From assembly GCA_016926735.1 (NCBI GenBank), contig JAFGOA010000187.1:1-64000 (forward strand): a stretch of 64,000 nt of DNA, in the 5' to 3' direction. The notes beneath the pieces are model-generated. The model saw nothing but the letters and a program-made list of their open reading frames with translations, was not told where the DNA came from and did not search any database. The position numbers and the translations under genes were made by a program. The stretch's first letter is position 1; each line of letters starts with the position of its first letter. Origin of the DNA: Promethearchaeota archaeon (GTDB lineage: Archaea; Asgardarchaeota; Lokiarchaeia; Sigyniarchaeales; SOKP01). Below, one piece after another: positions 42,258 through 53,312 of this stretch.

Positions 42258-42689
42258 CTATTGAATTCTATATTTTCCTCTTTCAGTAAGATAATAAACC
42301 CTATTCTCACCAACAATCTCAGATGTAACATATCCTTTAGAGATTAAGGTTCCTAATATTTCTTCTAATTCTGCTTTTTTATATGGTTCATTTCCCATTG
42401 GAATTCTACTTTGGTTTGCGATAATTGCAATTCTATTTAGGAACATTCGTTTATTTTGTATTGATTCTATTATTGTCATTTCATCATTACTAAGTTTTTG
42501 AAAACTATCATGAGTAATAATTTGATCTTTTAATGTTTTAGCTAAGTTTAGCGTTTCAGGGCTTGCTTCTTGTTTTTGAGTTTCAACATGAGTTAACTCA
42601 ACCATATCTTTAGCTACTTTTTGTTCTTTCTTTTTAGCGGCTTCTTCAAAATGAGATAATAACTCATTCTTTTTTTCTTCATCATTCAT
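42258..42689 (-). CDS. Hypothetical protein with C-terminal winged helix
   Basis: LEEILGTLISKGYV...YYLTERG wHTH wing pattern. Confidence 0.65.
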   Translation of the reverse strand: MNDEEKKNELLSHFEEAAKKKEQKVAKDMVELTHVETQKQEASPETLNLAKTLKDQIITHDSFQKLSNDEMTIIESIQNKRMFLNRIAIIANQSRIPMGNEPYKKAELEEILGTLISKGYVTSEIVGENRVYYLTERGKYRIQ

Positions 42690-42734
42690 AGTAATACAAT
42701 AAACAAATTAATTATAAAAATTTATTATTCAATA

Positions 42735-43307
42735 ATGAAAGAATATTTCAAATTGAGTAATGGAGAAGAAATTCTAATTAGACATGTCAAAAGAGCAGAT
42801 ATTAATGGAATTTGGAAAAACTTTAATGAAGTAGTGAAAGAAGGTATATTTCTTCCTGTTCTTTTTACAATTGATTCTCAATTTGAAAAACAATCATGGT
42901 TTGACAATATTAAAAAATCAAATGAATTATGTATTGTGGCTGAAAACCTTAATTTACAACCCCCATCCAACAATATTATTGGACAATGTGAAATAACCAA
43001 TATAGAATGGGATGCTGCAATGCATGTTGGAAATCTAGGGATAATCGTAAATAAAAATTATAGAAATATGGGTATTGGAAAAAAATTAATCTTATCTGCA
43101 ATTGAAGAATCTAAAAAAATAAATAAAAAGAAACTAGTTTTAAGCTGTTTTTCAAATAATAGACGAGCTTTAAATTTATATGAAAATCTAGGATTTAAAA
43201 AAATTGGAATCAGAAGAAGACAATTTTTAATTGATTCTACTTATTATGATGAATTACTTATGGAATTGTTTATTAATGAAGATTTTGATGATATAAAAAA
43301 ACTATAA
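42735..43307 (+). CDS. GNAT N-acetyltransferase
   Basis: LGIIVNKNYRNMGIG, NRRALNLYENLGF. Confidence 0.92.
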   Translation: MKEYFKLSNGEEILIRHVKRADINGIWKNFNEVVKEGIFLPVLFTIDSQFEKQSWFDNIKKSNELCIVAENLNLQPPSNNIIGQCEITNIEWDAAMHVGNLGIIVNKNYRNMGIGKKLILSAIEESKKINKKKLVLSCFSNNRRALNLYENLGFKKIGIRRRQFLIDSTYYDELLMELFINEDFDDIKKL

Positions 43308-43342
43308 CCTCCTCTGTAAAAGCAAGTAAATCTGATACTATA

Positions 43343-43768
43343 GGGAACTACTAAAACTAAAGGTTGAAGCTTCTTAGGAATGTACAATCATCTCTACTAT
43401 GGATTGGTCTGTATATTTTAAAAACCTATTCTATTGTGTTAGATATAATTCCTCATTCATAGAGGATTGATACGATAGGAAATCATATGTAATTTACATA
43501 TGCTTTTCTATTGGAAAATTATAATTTTCTTTCCAATTCTTCATTCGCTTAGCTAACGCAAAATTAAAAATAAGACAACATTTTTCAGAGAAAAACCATA
43601 GAAGATATTCTTATTCCTCTGATGAATATAATAGTCTTTTCGGGTTAGCAACATTATTATAAAAAGAATAGGAGAACCACTAAATACAGGAAGACTCCAA
43701 AGATTTACTATTATGAAAAGATACACTCAAATCATTTCCTCTTGAAAAAGAGGTGTCTTCTTGAGTGA
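43343..43768 (-). mobile_element. Probable non-autonomous IS200/IS605-derived element (both ends, no ORF)
   Basis: On the minus strand it begins CACTCAAGAAGACACCTCTTTTTCAAGAGGAAATGAT (left-end-like hairpin) and ends AGAAGCTTCAACCTTTAGTTTTAGTAGTTCCC (resembles tnpB right ends ending GTAGTTCAC); several internal hairpins. Family resemblance is from recalled consensus only. Confidence 0.55.
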
Positions 43769-43792
43769 TAAAATAAAGGATAAAATTTTAGT

Positions 43793-44908
43793 TTAGGTGT
43801 AAATATAATCTTTTACACTATGTTCTTTATCAATAATTTCCGCTAATGCATCATTAAAATCTTTTTGATCTATAAAAGATTTTAGTTGTCTTAATGCTTT
43901 TATACCTGCTTCAGTTACTAAAGCTTTAATATGAGCTCCACTAAATCCATCAGTTTTTTTTGCGATCTCTTCAAAGTTTACATTTTTTAAATTCATTTTT
44001 CTAGAGTGGATTTTTAAAATCATTAATCTTGCTTCTTCATTTGGTAAATTGAATTTAATAATACGATCAAATCGACCAGGACGTAATATTGCAGGATCCA
44101 AAACATCTACTCGATTTGTAGCAGCTAGGAACATAATATTATCCGTATTCGCAAAACCATCTAACTCTGATAATAATTGCATAAAAGTTCTCTGTACTTC
44201 TCTATCTCCTTTATATACTTCACTTGTACGCTTAATAGCAATTGCATCTATCTCATCAATAAAAATAATTGCTGGAGTGTTTTCTTTTGCTAAACTAAAT
44301 ACTTCTCTTACCATACGAGAACCTTCTCCAATGAATTTTTGAACTAAATCTGAACCAACCAAATGAATAAACCTTGCTTTGGTTGAATTAGCAATAGCTT
44401 TTGCTAATAAGGTTTTTCCTGTCCCAGGAGGTCCTGATAACAAAGCTCCAGAGGGAGGATCGATACCAATTTGTTCAAATAATTCTGGATGTAATAATGG
44501 TAATTCTATAACTTCTCTTATTGCTTGTATTTGCGCATCTAATCCTCCAATATCTTGAAATGTAGCATCTGGAATTTCTACTAACTCCATACCTGCTACA
44601 TGACCTCTAATTTTCCTTGATAATATCTCTAAAATTTGATAACTTTGTGGGTGAAGTGAAACTTGATCTCCTGCTTGAGGGTCAATTATTTCATTTGGAG
44701 GCAATATTATACGATTTCCAGGTGCATGAGATATGATGACTCTCTTGTCTTCTAGAACACGTTCAACAGAACCAATTATTAAAGGTCTTTTTTTTAAATT
44801 AGTTAGTAGATCTTTAAAACTCGAAACTTGATTTTTTAACTGTTCATTCTCTTTTTCTAAATAACTAAGTCTTTTCTGATACTTCTTAATATCTATTTCT
44901 GTCATCAT
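43793..44908 (-). CDS. pan: Proteasome-activating nucleotidase
   Basis: N-terminal coiled coil and OB fold, GPPGTGKT, QKFIGEG, DREVQRT, C-terminal HbYX (IYT). Confidence 0.93.
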   Translation of the reverse strand: MMTEIDIKKYQKRLSYLEKENEQLKNQVSSFKDLLTNLKKRPLIIGSVERVLEDKRVIISHAPGNRIILPPNEIIDPQAGDQVSLHPQSYQILEILSRKIRGHVAGMELVEIPDATFQDIGGLDAQIQAIREVIELPLLHPELFEQIGIDPPSGALLSGPPGTGKTLLAKAIANSTKARFIHLVGSDLVQKFIGEGSRMVREVFSLAKENTPAIIFIDEIDAIAIKRTSEVYKGDREVQRTFMQLLSELDGFANTDNIMFLAATNRVDVLDPAILRPGRFDRIIKFNLPNEEARLMILKIHSRKMNLKNVNFEEIAKKTDGFSGAHIKALVTEAGIKALRQLKSFIDQKDFNDALAEIIDKEHSVKDYIYT

Positions 44909-45328
44909 TTACAATATATATAAATTAAAAGTCCCAAAAATAATTATTTATTTTATTTCTATTTTTATTTACAATAATTATAATTAATTTTGTAATTATT
45001 CGGTTAAATTTTCCAAAATAGAAATAAATCTTTAGACATAATGAATTTAAGGTATTTATGGGAATTTGCTAATAGATAATTCTTAAATATCTTAAAATGA
45101 TTATTTTATCTCATGTATTTATAAAGGTTTAAGTTTTGTATTAAAAAAATTTATAAAGATCAAATATTATTATACATTTAATTTTAATTTATAACGATTT
45201 CAAAAATGAGTTATAAAGATAAAAATATATAAATGATATAAACTATATTATAAGGAGTAATACCAATTATTCCTAATTAAAACATAAATTAAATTAAAAA
45301 AAATCTTAAAAAACAAGGCTGAAAAAAA

Positions 45329-46474
45329 ATGGCAGAAGAAGAAAGTTTTTTAAACGCAAAGGCCTTAGTTGTTGATAATGGTACTGGTATTTCTAAGAAT
45401 GGATTTGCAGGTGAAGATCAACCTAGATCTGTATTTCCTACTCTAATTGGGTATCCTAAATATGAATCCATCATGACTGATGTTGAACACTATACCCGTG
45501 AGTATTATATTGGGGAAGAGGCTATGCAACTAAAAGGTGTTCTTAAATTAATGTTCCCAGTCGAACATGGTATTATTGAGGATTGGACCGCTATGGAAAA
45601 GATATGGCATTATACATTCTATACAGATCTAAGAATTGATCCTTCCGAACATCCTGTACTCTTAACTGAAGCACCATTAAATCCAAGACCAAATAGAGAG
45701 AAAATGGCAGAAATAATGTTTGAAACATTTAACACTCCTGCTCTCTATGTAGCAATGCAAGCTGTATTATCTTTGTATGCTTCTGGTCGTACAACTGGGT
45801 GTGTTATTGATATTGGTGATGGTGTATCACACGTTGTCCCTATATTTGAAGGATTTGCTTTAAGTCATGCAATTCAAAGAATAGATTTAGCTGGAAGAGA
45901 TATTACAACCTATCTACAAAGATTACTTAGACAAAAAGGGTATTCTTTTACGACATCCGCAGAAAAGGAAATTGTACGCGATATTAAAGAGAAATTATGT
46001 TATGTAGCTATTGATCCTGAGAAAGAAATGATGCTTTCCAAGAAAGTTGCAGGAATGGAAAAGAGCTATATGTTACCTGATGGGGAAACGATTAATGTTG
46101 GTGTTGAACGATTCTTAGCACCAGAATGCTTCTTTAATCCATCTGTTATTGGAAAAGAATTAGAGCCTTTGGATGATGTAATTGTAAATGCTATATCCGA
46201 ATGTGATGTTGATCTTAGACGTGATTTATACAGCAACATAGTCTTATCTGGTGGATCTACAATGTTCCCAGGTATAAAAGAACGATTAACTAAAGAAATT
46301 AAAGAGCAAATTCCTGAATCAGTCGATGTTAAAATCATTGCTCCACCAGAAAGAATGTATTCTGTCTGGATTGGTGGATCAATTCTAAGTTCTCTTAAAA
46401 CATTCCATAGAATGTGGGTAACTAGGCGCGAATATAAAGAGATGGGGCCTCAAGTAATTCATAGATGCTTCTAA
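45329..46474 (+). CDS. Lokiactin (Asgard actin)
   Basis: [65 protein letters not shown], ...HRCF. Confidence 0.98.
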   Translation: MAEEESFLNAKALVVDNGTGISKNGFAGEDQPRSVFPTLIGYPKYESIMTDVEHYTREYYIGEEAMQLKGVLKLMFPVEHGIIEDWTAMEKIWHYTFYTDLRIDPSEHPVLLTEAPLNPRPNREKMAEIMFETFNTPALYVAMQAVLSLYASGRTTGCVIDIGDGVSHVVPIFEGFALSHAIQRIDLAGRDITTYLQRLLRQKGYSFTTSAEKEIVRDIKEKLCYVAIDPEKEMMLSKKVAGMEKSYMLPDGETINVGVERFLAPECFFNPSVIGKELEPLDDVIVNAISECDVDLRRDLYSNIVLSGGSTMFPGIKERLTKEIKEQIPESVDVKIIAPPERMYSVWIGGSILSSLKTFHRMWVTRREYKEMGPQVIHRCF

Positions 46475-46540
46475 TTTCGCTTTAAGCGAAAAATTAAAAT
46501 TTTTGAATTTTTTTATTTTCTCTTTTTTTTATTATTTTTA
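46475..46540 (+). terminator. Hairpin and T-tracts after the actin stop
   Basis: TTTCGCTT-T-AAGCGAAA (46475-46491) followed by oligo-T runs. Confidence 0.5.
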
Positions 46541-46621
46541 AAAATTTGTAATATTTTTTACGATTATCAGATAAATTCTTGATATATCTATTAATTTCAA
46601 GAAATTTTGATTATTTATGAA

Positions 46622-47152
46622 TTAGTCCAATTCTAATGTATGTTCTTGAATTAATATTTTTATAACATTATTAAATATTTCTTCAATATTGTCTCCAGTC
46701 AAAGAGGATATTTCATAAAATCCATTCAGATTATAGGATTCTTGAATATCATTTCCCCTGTTGGAAGGAACTTCTCTATATTTCTCAAGATCCTTTTTTG
46801 TGCCAATTAATAGAATAGGTATATTATTTGTGTTCTCTTTTACAATATTGATCCATATAGGAAGATGATCATAAGAGTTATTATTTTTAATATCATATAG
46901 TATAAGTGCAACATCTGCTCCTGTACAATATTTTGGAAGAATTGATCTAAAACGCTCTTCCCCTCCAAAATCCCAAATTTGGAATTTAAATAATTTATCA
47001 CCGTATTCTATAAATTTTGAAAATATATCTATACCTATCGTCTGTTTTAGATTATCTCTAAATAACCCAGTAACATAACGATATGTTAAAGTAGTTTTTC
47101 CTACTCCCTTATCTCCTAAAATTATTAATTTAAAAACAAACTCTTGATTCAT
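46622..47152 (-). CDS. Rab-like small GTPase
   Basis: GDKGVGKTT, TIGID, WDFGGEERF, TKKD, SSLTG. Confidence 0.92.
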   Translation of the reverse strand: MNQEFVFKLIILGDKGVGKTTLTYRYVTGLFRDNLKQTIGIDIFSKFIEYGDKLFKFQIWDFGGEERFRSILPKYCTGADVALILYDIKNNNSYDHLPIWINIVKENTNNIPILLIGTKKDLEKYREVPSNRGNDIQESYNLNGFYEISSLTGDNIEEIFNNVIKILIQEHTLELD

Positions 47153-47567
47153 TTTTTTTTTTTAATTTTTAATCTCTAATATCATATATTTTTTATGTAT
47201 TAGTATTTAATATTTACGTCTATTTAAATTATAAAAATTATATATTGTAAATATATCACGTATATATTATACCGCAAAATTAATGTTAAGATAACTATAA
47301 ATTTAACCTATCAACCAGTTTTATCATCCTATTCAATATATAGAAATTATTTTGTCGAAACCATATGGAGATGATTATTTTAGATTTTATCTTCTGAAAG
47401 AGTACTTTTTAGGTCTATTGAATAAAGATTTTTTTAAATACTCCCTTTCAATTAACCTATCTACATCATATTATATTAAATTACAAATTATAAAAGAAAA
47501 TAAAAAAATTTTTTTGTTATTTGAATTTAGAAATATCAACAATAAAAATATTATCAGATGATTTAAT

Positions 47568-49508
47568 TTGCCTACTATGGATAGACGATTCATTGATGAG
47601 GAAGGTAAAGTATTAATGTTAGGAAATGAAGCAATTATAAGGGGATGTTTAGAAGTAGGTGTAAGCTTTGTTTCCCAATATCCTGGAACACCAACAAGTG
47701 ATATAGGTGAGACCTTTCAGAAATTACTGAGAGAACAACCGGAATTACAAAATTATTTAGTACATCATTGGGGTATCAATGAAGCTGTAGCCTCCTCTGA
47801 ATGTGCGGGAGCCGCCTGGACAGGTTGTAAATCATTAAATCCAATGAAACATGTAGGATTAAATGTTGCAAGTGATCCTTTAAGTGTTATTGCTCTTAAT
47901 GGACCCAACCCTGGGGCAATGGTAATATTAGTTGGTTCTGATCCTGGGAGTTTGGGATCTCATCAAGAACAAAATGAACGATTTTATACTTGGATGTTTC
48001 ATTTTCCTTGCTTTGAGCCTCATACACCTCAAGATTGTAAAGATTATATCAAACTAGCTTTCAAATTATCTGAACAATATGATACTGTTTTTGAAATAAG
48101 AACTTCAACAAGAAGTGCCCACTCTAGAGGTTTTGTTAATTTAGAGCCTATAATAAAAGGAAAGAAAAAAGGAGAATTTATAAGAAATATTCCAAAATAT
48201 AATTCTCTCCCTCCTCATGCAATTAATAATCACATAAGACTTTACGAAAGAATTGAAAAGCTAAGAGAAATTATACCAAAATTAGGAGTAAATAAAGTAA
48301 TAGAAGGAAATAATAAAATAGGGATTATAACTAGTGGAATGCCTTATGGATATACTTTGGAAGCATTAGATCAATTAGGATTAAATGATGTACCTATATT
48401 AAAATTAGGACTAATCTATCCATTAAATTATAATGAAATTTCAGATTTTCTTAAAGATTTAGATAAAGTTATAATAATAGAAGAATTAGAACCCTTTTTA
48501 GAAGTAAAAATATCAGAAATTGCACATAAAAAGGCAATTAATGTTGAAATAATCGGTGAAAAATATTTTCCTAAATCAAATGAATTTTCTACGGGATTAG
48601 TTGCATCATGTTTAGCAAAAATATTTAAAAAAGAACCAAGTAATCAAATGATAAAAGCTATTGATTATTTTAATTCATATAAAAACATAATTCCAAGTAG
48701 GTTTCCCTCTTTTTGTGCTGGATGTCCAGAAAGAGCAACGCTCTATACAATTCTTAAAGCAACTAATCAGTTAGAAAATACAGTAGTATGTGGTGATATT
48801 GGATGTTTTGTAATGAGTTTTTTTCCTCCTCAACAATGCAGTGATTTAGTAATTTGTATGTCAGGTGGACTAAGTGCGGCAATCGGTATGTCTACAAAAA
48901 CAGATCAAAAAGTTATTGCCTATATGGGAGACTCAACTTTTTTACACACTGGAATGAGTCCATTAGCTGAAGCGGCAAGTTATGATTCAAATATACTATT
49001 ATTTATCTTTGAAAATAGTTGGACAGCTATGACTGGCCATCAACCAGTACTAGGATTGATTGAAAAAAGAATATCTATTGAAAAAATCTGTAAAGCAATT
49101 GGAGTACAATGGCTCAGAGTTGAAGATTCTTATAACCCAAAAAAATTAATCTCAAGTATAGAGAAAGCATTTGAGACTAAGGGGCTTAAAGTAATTATAG
49201 TAAAAAGAGAATGTGCTCTACAGGCTCATAGATGGAGAATGAAACAAAGAAGAGAATTAAATAATCAAGGCAAAAGAACACAAGAGGTTATGTATCATAT
49301 TACGGGGTGTCAGATGTGTTATGAATGCGCTCGTATATTGAGTTGTCCTGCAATAAGAAAAATTGAAAAAGATGGATATGAAACCATGCAAATTGACGAT
49401 GATAGATGTGTAAAATGTGGTGTCTGTTATGAAGTTTGTCCTAATGGAGCCATTCATAAATCTATTATTAATGCTTTAGATGAAGAAGTTCCCTTTCGAG
49501 AACTCTGA
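47568..49508 (+). CDS. iorA: Indolepyruvate:ferredoxin oxidoreductase subunit alpha
   Basis: LGNEAIIRG, YPGTP, MKHVGLNVA, FCAGCP, GDIGC, GDSTFLH, TAMTGHQ, C-terminal ferredoxin Cys motifs. Confidence 0.95.
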   Translation: MPTMDRRFIDEEGKVLMLGNEAIIRGCLEVGVSFVSQYPGTPTSDIGETFQKLLREQPELQNYLVHHWGINEAVASSECAGAAWTGCKSLNPMKHVGLNVASDPLSVIALNGPNPGAMVILVGSDPGSLGSHQEQNERFYTWMFHFPCFEPHTPQDCKDYIKLAFKLSEQYDTVFEIRTSTRSAHSRGFVNLEPIIKGKKKGEFIRNIPKYNSLPPHAINNHIRLYERIEKLREIIPKLGVNKVIEGNNKIGIITSGMPYGYTLEALDQLGLNDVPILKLGLIYPLNYNEISDFLKDLDKVIIIEELEPFLEVKISEIAHKKAINVEIIGEKYFPKSNEFSTGLVASCLAKIFKKEPSNQMIKAIDYFNSYKNIIPSRFPSFCAGCPERATLYTILKATNQLENTVVCGDIGCFVMSFFPPQQCSDLVICMSGGLSAAIGMSTKTDQKVIAYMGDSTFLHTGMSPLAEAASYDSNILLFIFENSWTAMTGHQPVLGLIEKRISIEKICKAIGVQWLRVEDSYNPKKLISSIEKAFETKGLKVIIVKRECALQAHRWRMKQRRELNNQGKRTQEVMYHITGCQMCYECARILSCPAIRKIEKDGYETMQIDDDRCVKCGVCYEVCPNGAIHKSIINALDEEVPFREL

Positions 49509-49697
49509 ATTCATTTTAGAGGTAATATTATTTTTAATATCTATTTCATTTTTTGATAAGAACTACAAGTCTAAAATATTATTTGATATAATAAATCAAT
49601 GATTTCTAAATATCTAAAATTTGAAATCAAATATCCTAAAATTTTTATGAAATATCATATATAATTAATTTAAAAATTGATTAATTAGGATGTAATA

Positions 49698-50612
49698 ATG
49701 GATATACCGAATAAAAAACCTTCAAAAAAAATATGCTATTTCCTTGATACTGATGAAACTGCTTCTCCTTTTGACATCAATATGGCTTATGATGCGGGAT
49801 TTGATGTGGTTGTCCCGTTTAATAATATGACAGCCGATAAAGTCCCAAGACTGATACAAGACGCTATTTTTTCCAGAAAACCAAATGCTTCTACTGCCTT
49901 TTTTATTGGGGGAGAGGATACAAAAGAAGCAGATAAAATTGTTAATAAAGTCTTGGAATCATTTGTTCCTCCTTTTGAATGCCCTGTGATTGTTGATCCA
50001 CGAGGATCACATACTACTGCTTCAGCAATAATTGCTAAAATTATAAAGATAGCTAAAGAACACGGAATTGAAAATTTATCTGGGAAAAAAATGGTAATTT
50101 TAGGAGCAACTGGTCCAGTAGGAAAGATTGGAGCTCTTCTTTCGGCTAATCTTAATTGCAATACAGTCATTACCTCTAGAAGAGAACAATATATAATGAC
50201 ATTAGCGAAAGAACTTAATGAGAACACAAATAATGGTGCGTCTGAAATAATTGGAGCTGTTGGAGCTACAGATGATGATAAATATAATGTTTTAAAAGAT
50301 GCAGATTTAATTTGCTCAGTTGCGAAAGCTGGTATTGAAATGATCTCAAAAGAACTACTAGAAAAATTACCTCCTAAAAAAATAGTCGTAGATATTAATT
50401 TAGTCCCTCCCTATGGTATCTATGGTCTAAAACCTAATTATGATAATGAGGAACTAATATCAGGAATTTTTGGGATAGGTGCTCTAGCAATTGGGAATCT
50501 CAAATCTAAAATTGAAAAGGCTATGTTAATAGAAGCATCTAATACAACAGGGAGAAAAATATTTGATTATAAAAATGCATTTAATTCAGCTAAATTGTTA
50601 CTTAATATTTGA
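49698..50612 (+). CDS. Methylene-H4MPT/H4F dehydrogenase, MtdA/MtdB-like, paralog 1
   Basis: SPFDINMAYDAG, QDAIFSR, FIGG, DPRGSHTTA, LGATGPVG, DINLVPPYGI, GIGALAIGNLK. Confidence 0.88.
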   Translation: MDIPNKKPSKKICYFLDTDETASPFDINMAYDAGFDVVVPFNNMTADKVPRLIQDAIFSRKPNASTAFFIGGEDTKEADKIVNKVLESFVPPFECPVIVDPRGSHTTASAIIAKIIKIAKEHGIENLSGKKMVILGATGPVGKIGALLSANLNCNTVITSRREQYIMTLAKELNENTNNGASEIIGAVGATDDDKYNVLKDADLICSVAKAGIEMISKELLEKLPPKKIVVDINLVPPYGIYGLKPNYDNEELISGIFGIGALAIGNLKSKIEKAMLIEASNTTGRKIFDYKNAFNSAKLLLNI

Positions 50613-50908
50613 TTAATTTCATTTTCTTATATATTTCTTTGCCAGCAATTTTTACTTTGTTGTCTATATATTACTTTTAAGATTAGTTTTTCCGTATGGT
50701 ATTAAATTTAGATACTTCTGTTTTAGGTGGAGATAATTTTTTTAATTGGTGTTTATTTTATAGAATATTTACTTTTTTAAAAAGTATATATTATATTTCA
50801 TAATCACTAAGAATTGTTACATTATACAAATATAATGCTAGATTTTAATATTAATAAGATTGATTTCCAAATAGTATAAGACTAAAAGAGAATATTAGAT
50901 GATCTATT

Positions 50909-50928
50909 ATGATCAAAAGATTAATATA
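50909..50928 (+). promoter_or_regulatory. Conserved promoter-like motif upstream of mtd paralog 2
   Basis: ATGATCAAAAGATTAATATA; a near-identical ATGATCAAAACATTTATATA lies at 52143. Confidence 0.5.
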
Positions 50929-51000
50929 CCCAAACATTATATTATAACTTGTGATAGTTACTTTTTTCTTTTTTTTCTCAAAATGAGGTAGATCATTAGG

Positions 51001-51951
51001 ATGGAACTATTAAAATTAAAATCAAATGAAAAGACTATTAATATGATTAAAAAAGATAAAACAGCTAATATATGCTATTTTTTTGATACTGATGAATATG
51101 CTTCTCCTTTTGATATCAATATGGCTTATGATTCAGGTTATGATATTGTCATTCCTTTCAATCATATGAGTAGTAAAAAAGTTCCTAAGCTGGTTCAAGA
51201 TGCTATTTTTTCCAGACGGAAATATAATTCTTCAATTTTCTTTATCGGGGGAAGTGATACGCAGGAAGCAGATTTAATCGCTAAAAATATTTTTAATTCT
51301 CTGGTACCACCATTTGAATATCCTATTGTCTTAGATCCCCGAGGATCTCATTCTACAGCCTCGGCCATAGCTGCTAAAACTCTTAGTATTTTAGGAAATA
51401 TTAATAACAAAAAGATTGTAATTTTAGGAACGGGTCCAGTTGCTAGAATGGCTGCTTTATTAGGTGCTAAACTTAATGCTAAAATTAATATCGTGGAAAC
51501 ATGGAATAAAGTGGATTTAAAACAATTTAATGAAATTATAAAAAATCTAAAAAAGGAGTGTAAACAAGAAGAGAATAACCGAATTAATGGAAATTGTGCT
51601 TTTTCTGAAGAAGATCGTTTGGTAATAATAAAAGATGCAGATATTATTTGGTCACTGGCGGCACCTGGAATACAGATCCTTTCAGAGGAAATTATGAGTA
51701 ATTTAAACAACAGTCAATTAGTAATTGATGCAAATTTAGTACCTCCCTATGGAATTTATGGATTAAAACCTAAAGATGATAATAAAGAAATATATCCTGG
51801 AATTTTTGGAGTTGGAGCATTAGTAATTGGAAAATTAAAATATAAGATTGAGTCTTTGATATTAAAAAAAGCAATGAATTCTGCAACAAAAACACTTTAT
51901 GATTATAATTATGGATTTGAAATAGCATTGAAATTATTAAATTTAAATTAA
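51001..51951 (+). CDS. MtdA/MtdB-like dehydrogenase, paralog 2
   Basis: Same motifs as paralog 1; ILGTGPVA. Confidence 0.88.
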   Translation: MELLKLKSNEKTINMIKKDKTANICYFFDTDEYASPFDINMAYDSGYDIVIPFNHMSSKKVPKLVQDAIFSRRKYNSSIFFIGGSDTQEADLIAKNIFNSLVPPFEYPIVLDPRGSHSTASAIAAKTLSILGNINNKKIVILGTGPVARMAALLGAKLNAKINIVETWNKVDLKQFNEIIKNLKKECKQEENNRINGNCAFSEEDRLVIIKDADIIWSLAAPGIQILSEEIMSNLNNSQLVIDANLVPPYGIYGLKPKDDNKEIYPGIFGVGALVIGKLKYKIESLILKKAMNSATKTLYDYNYGFEIALKLLNLN

Positions 51952-52142
51952 TTTTTTTTTAACCTTTTTAGTATATTATTTTTTATTATCTAATTATATA
52001 CAAATAATTGTATAATAATCAAAAATGAATTTTGAAATTAACAAATTATTACCTATTATAAATATATCCATGTTTGTTTATCAGCTTGATATGATTGATA
52101 ATAATAATAAAAAGCACATATCAGATCATAAAATATATGATA

Positions 52143-52162
52143 ATGATCAAAACATTTATATA
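52143..52162 (+). promoter_or_regulatory. Conserved promoter-like motif upstream of mtd paralog 3 (BRE/TATA-like)
   Basis: ATGATCAAAACATTTATATA, about 80 nt before the ATG. Confidence 0.5.
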
Positions 52163-52241
52163 TTAAAATCATTTCTACATCTTTTGGGGAATATATTTTA
52201 AAGAATTTAGCCTGTATTTTAAAAAGAGGTGAGCTTATAAA

Positions 52242-53195
52242 ATGGAATTATTGGAAATAAAACCTGATAAAAGATTAATTAAAGTTATAGAAAAAGAAAA
52301 ACAAACTGATATTATATGCTATTTTTTTGATACAGATGAATATGCCTCTCCATTTGACATAAATATGGCTTATGATGCTGGAATAGATAATGTTTTACCT
52401 TATAGTAATGTGAAAGCTAATTATGTTCCAAAATTAATAAATCAACTTATTTTTTCTAGAAAAATATGTTCTAGAACAATCTTTTTTGTTGGAGGAAGCA
52501 AAACAAATGAAGCTGATTTGATTGCTAAAAATATTTATCATTCATTAGTAGCTCCTTTCAATTTTCCTATCATAATTGATCCTAGAGGGTCTCATACAAC
52601 TGCCTCAGCGATTATAGCAACAATGATTAAAGCTATAAAAAATTTAAAGAATAAAAATATTGTAATATTAGGAACCGGTCCTACAGCAAGAATATTAGCA
52701 ATATTAGCAGCCAGATTAAAAGCAAAAATAGTTATGTTCGAAACATTGAAAAACGTTAATCAAAATTATATAAACGATCTCAATTTTGAATTAAGTGAAA
52801 AATTAGCTCAAGATTTTAAAAATCTAACTATTTATTGCAATTCTAACGATATTATTGACCGATTTGACCTAATCAAAAATGCAGATATAATTTGTTCTCT
52901 TGTGGCACCTGGAGTAGAGATTTTACCTGTTCATATAATTAAAAAATTAAAGAGCCCAAAATTAATTATTGATGGAAATATGGTACCTCCTTATGGTGTG
53001 TGGGGATTAAATCCAAATGATAATAATAAAGAAATTTATCCAGGGATTTTTGGTATTGGCGCATTAATCATAGGTAATTTAAAGTATAAAATAGAATCTC
53101 TTATTTTGAAAGAAGCCATGAAATCTAGTATAAAAAGAATTTTTAATTATAATTACGCATTTAATATCGCTTTAAAATTACTTAATTTAAAATAA
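52242..53195 (+). CDS. MtdA/MtdB-like dehydrogenase, paralog 3
   Basis: Same motifs; ILGTGPTA; GAGGTGA RBS. Confidence 0.88.
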   Translation: MELLEIKPDKRLIKVIEKEKQTDIICYFFDTDEYASPFDINMAYDAGIDNVLPYSNVKANYVPKLINQLIFSRKICSRTIFFVGGSKTNEADLIAKNIYHSLVAPFNFPIIIDPRGSHTTASAIIATMIKAIKNLKNKNIVILGTGPTARILAILAARLKAKIVMFETLKNVNQNYINDLNFELSEKLAQDFKNLTIYCNSNDIIDRFDLIKNADIICSLVAPGVEILPVHIIKKLKSPKLIIDGNMVPPYGVWGLNPNDNNKEIYPGIFGIGALIIGNLKYKIESLILKEAMKSSIKRIFNYNYAFNIALKLLNLK

Positions 53196-53312
53196 TTTTT
53201 TTTTCTTTTTTTTTTTTAAATAATTATCAATAATAATTATTATTAGTAGGAACAATAGTTATTTTCATCTGAAATAAATTATTCTTCTTTTTCTGTAAAA
53301 AAAAATAAAATA

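Noticed and set aside
47352-47561. 69-aa ORF upstream of iorA
   Set aside because: TTG start, no RBS or motif, low-complexity AT-rich composition; probably promoter DNA.
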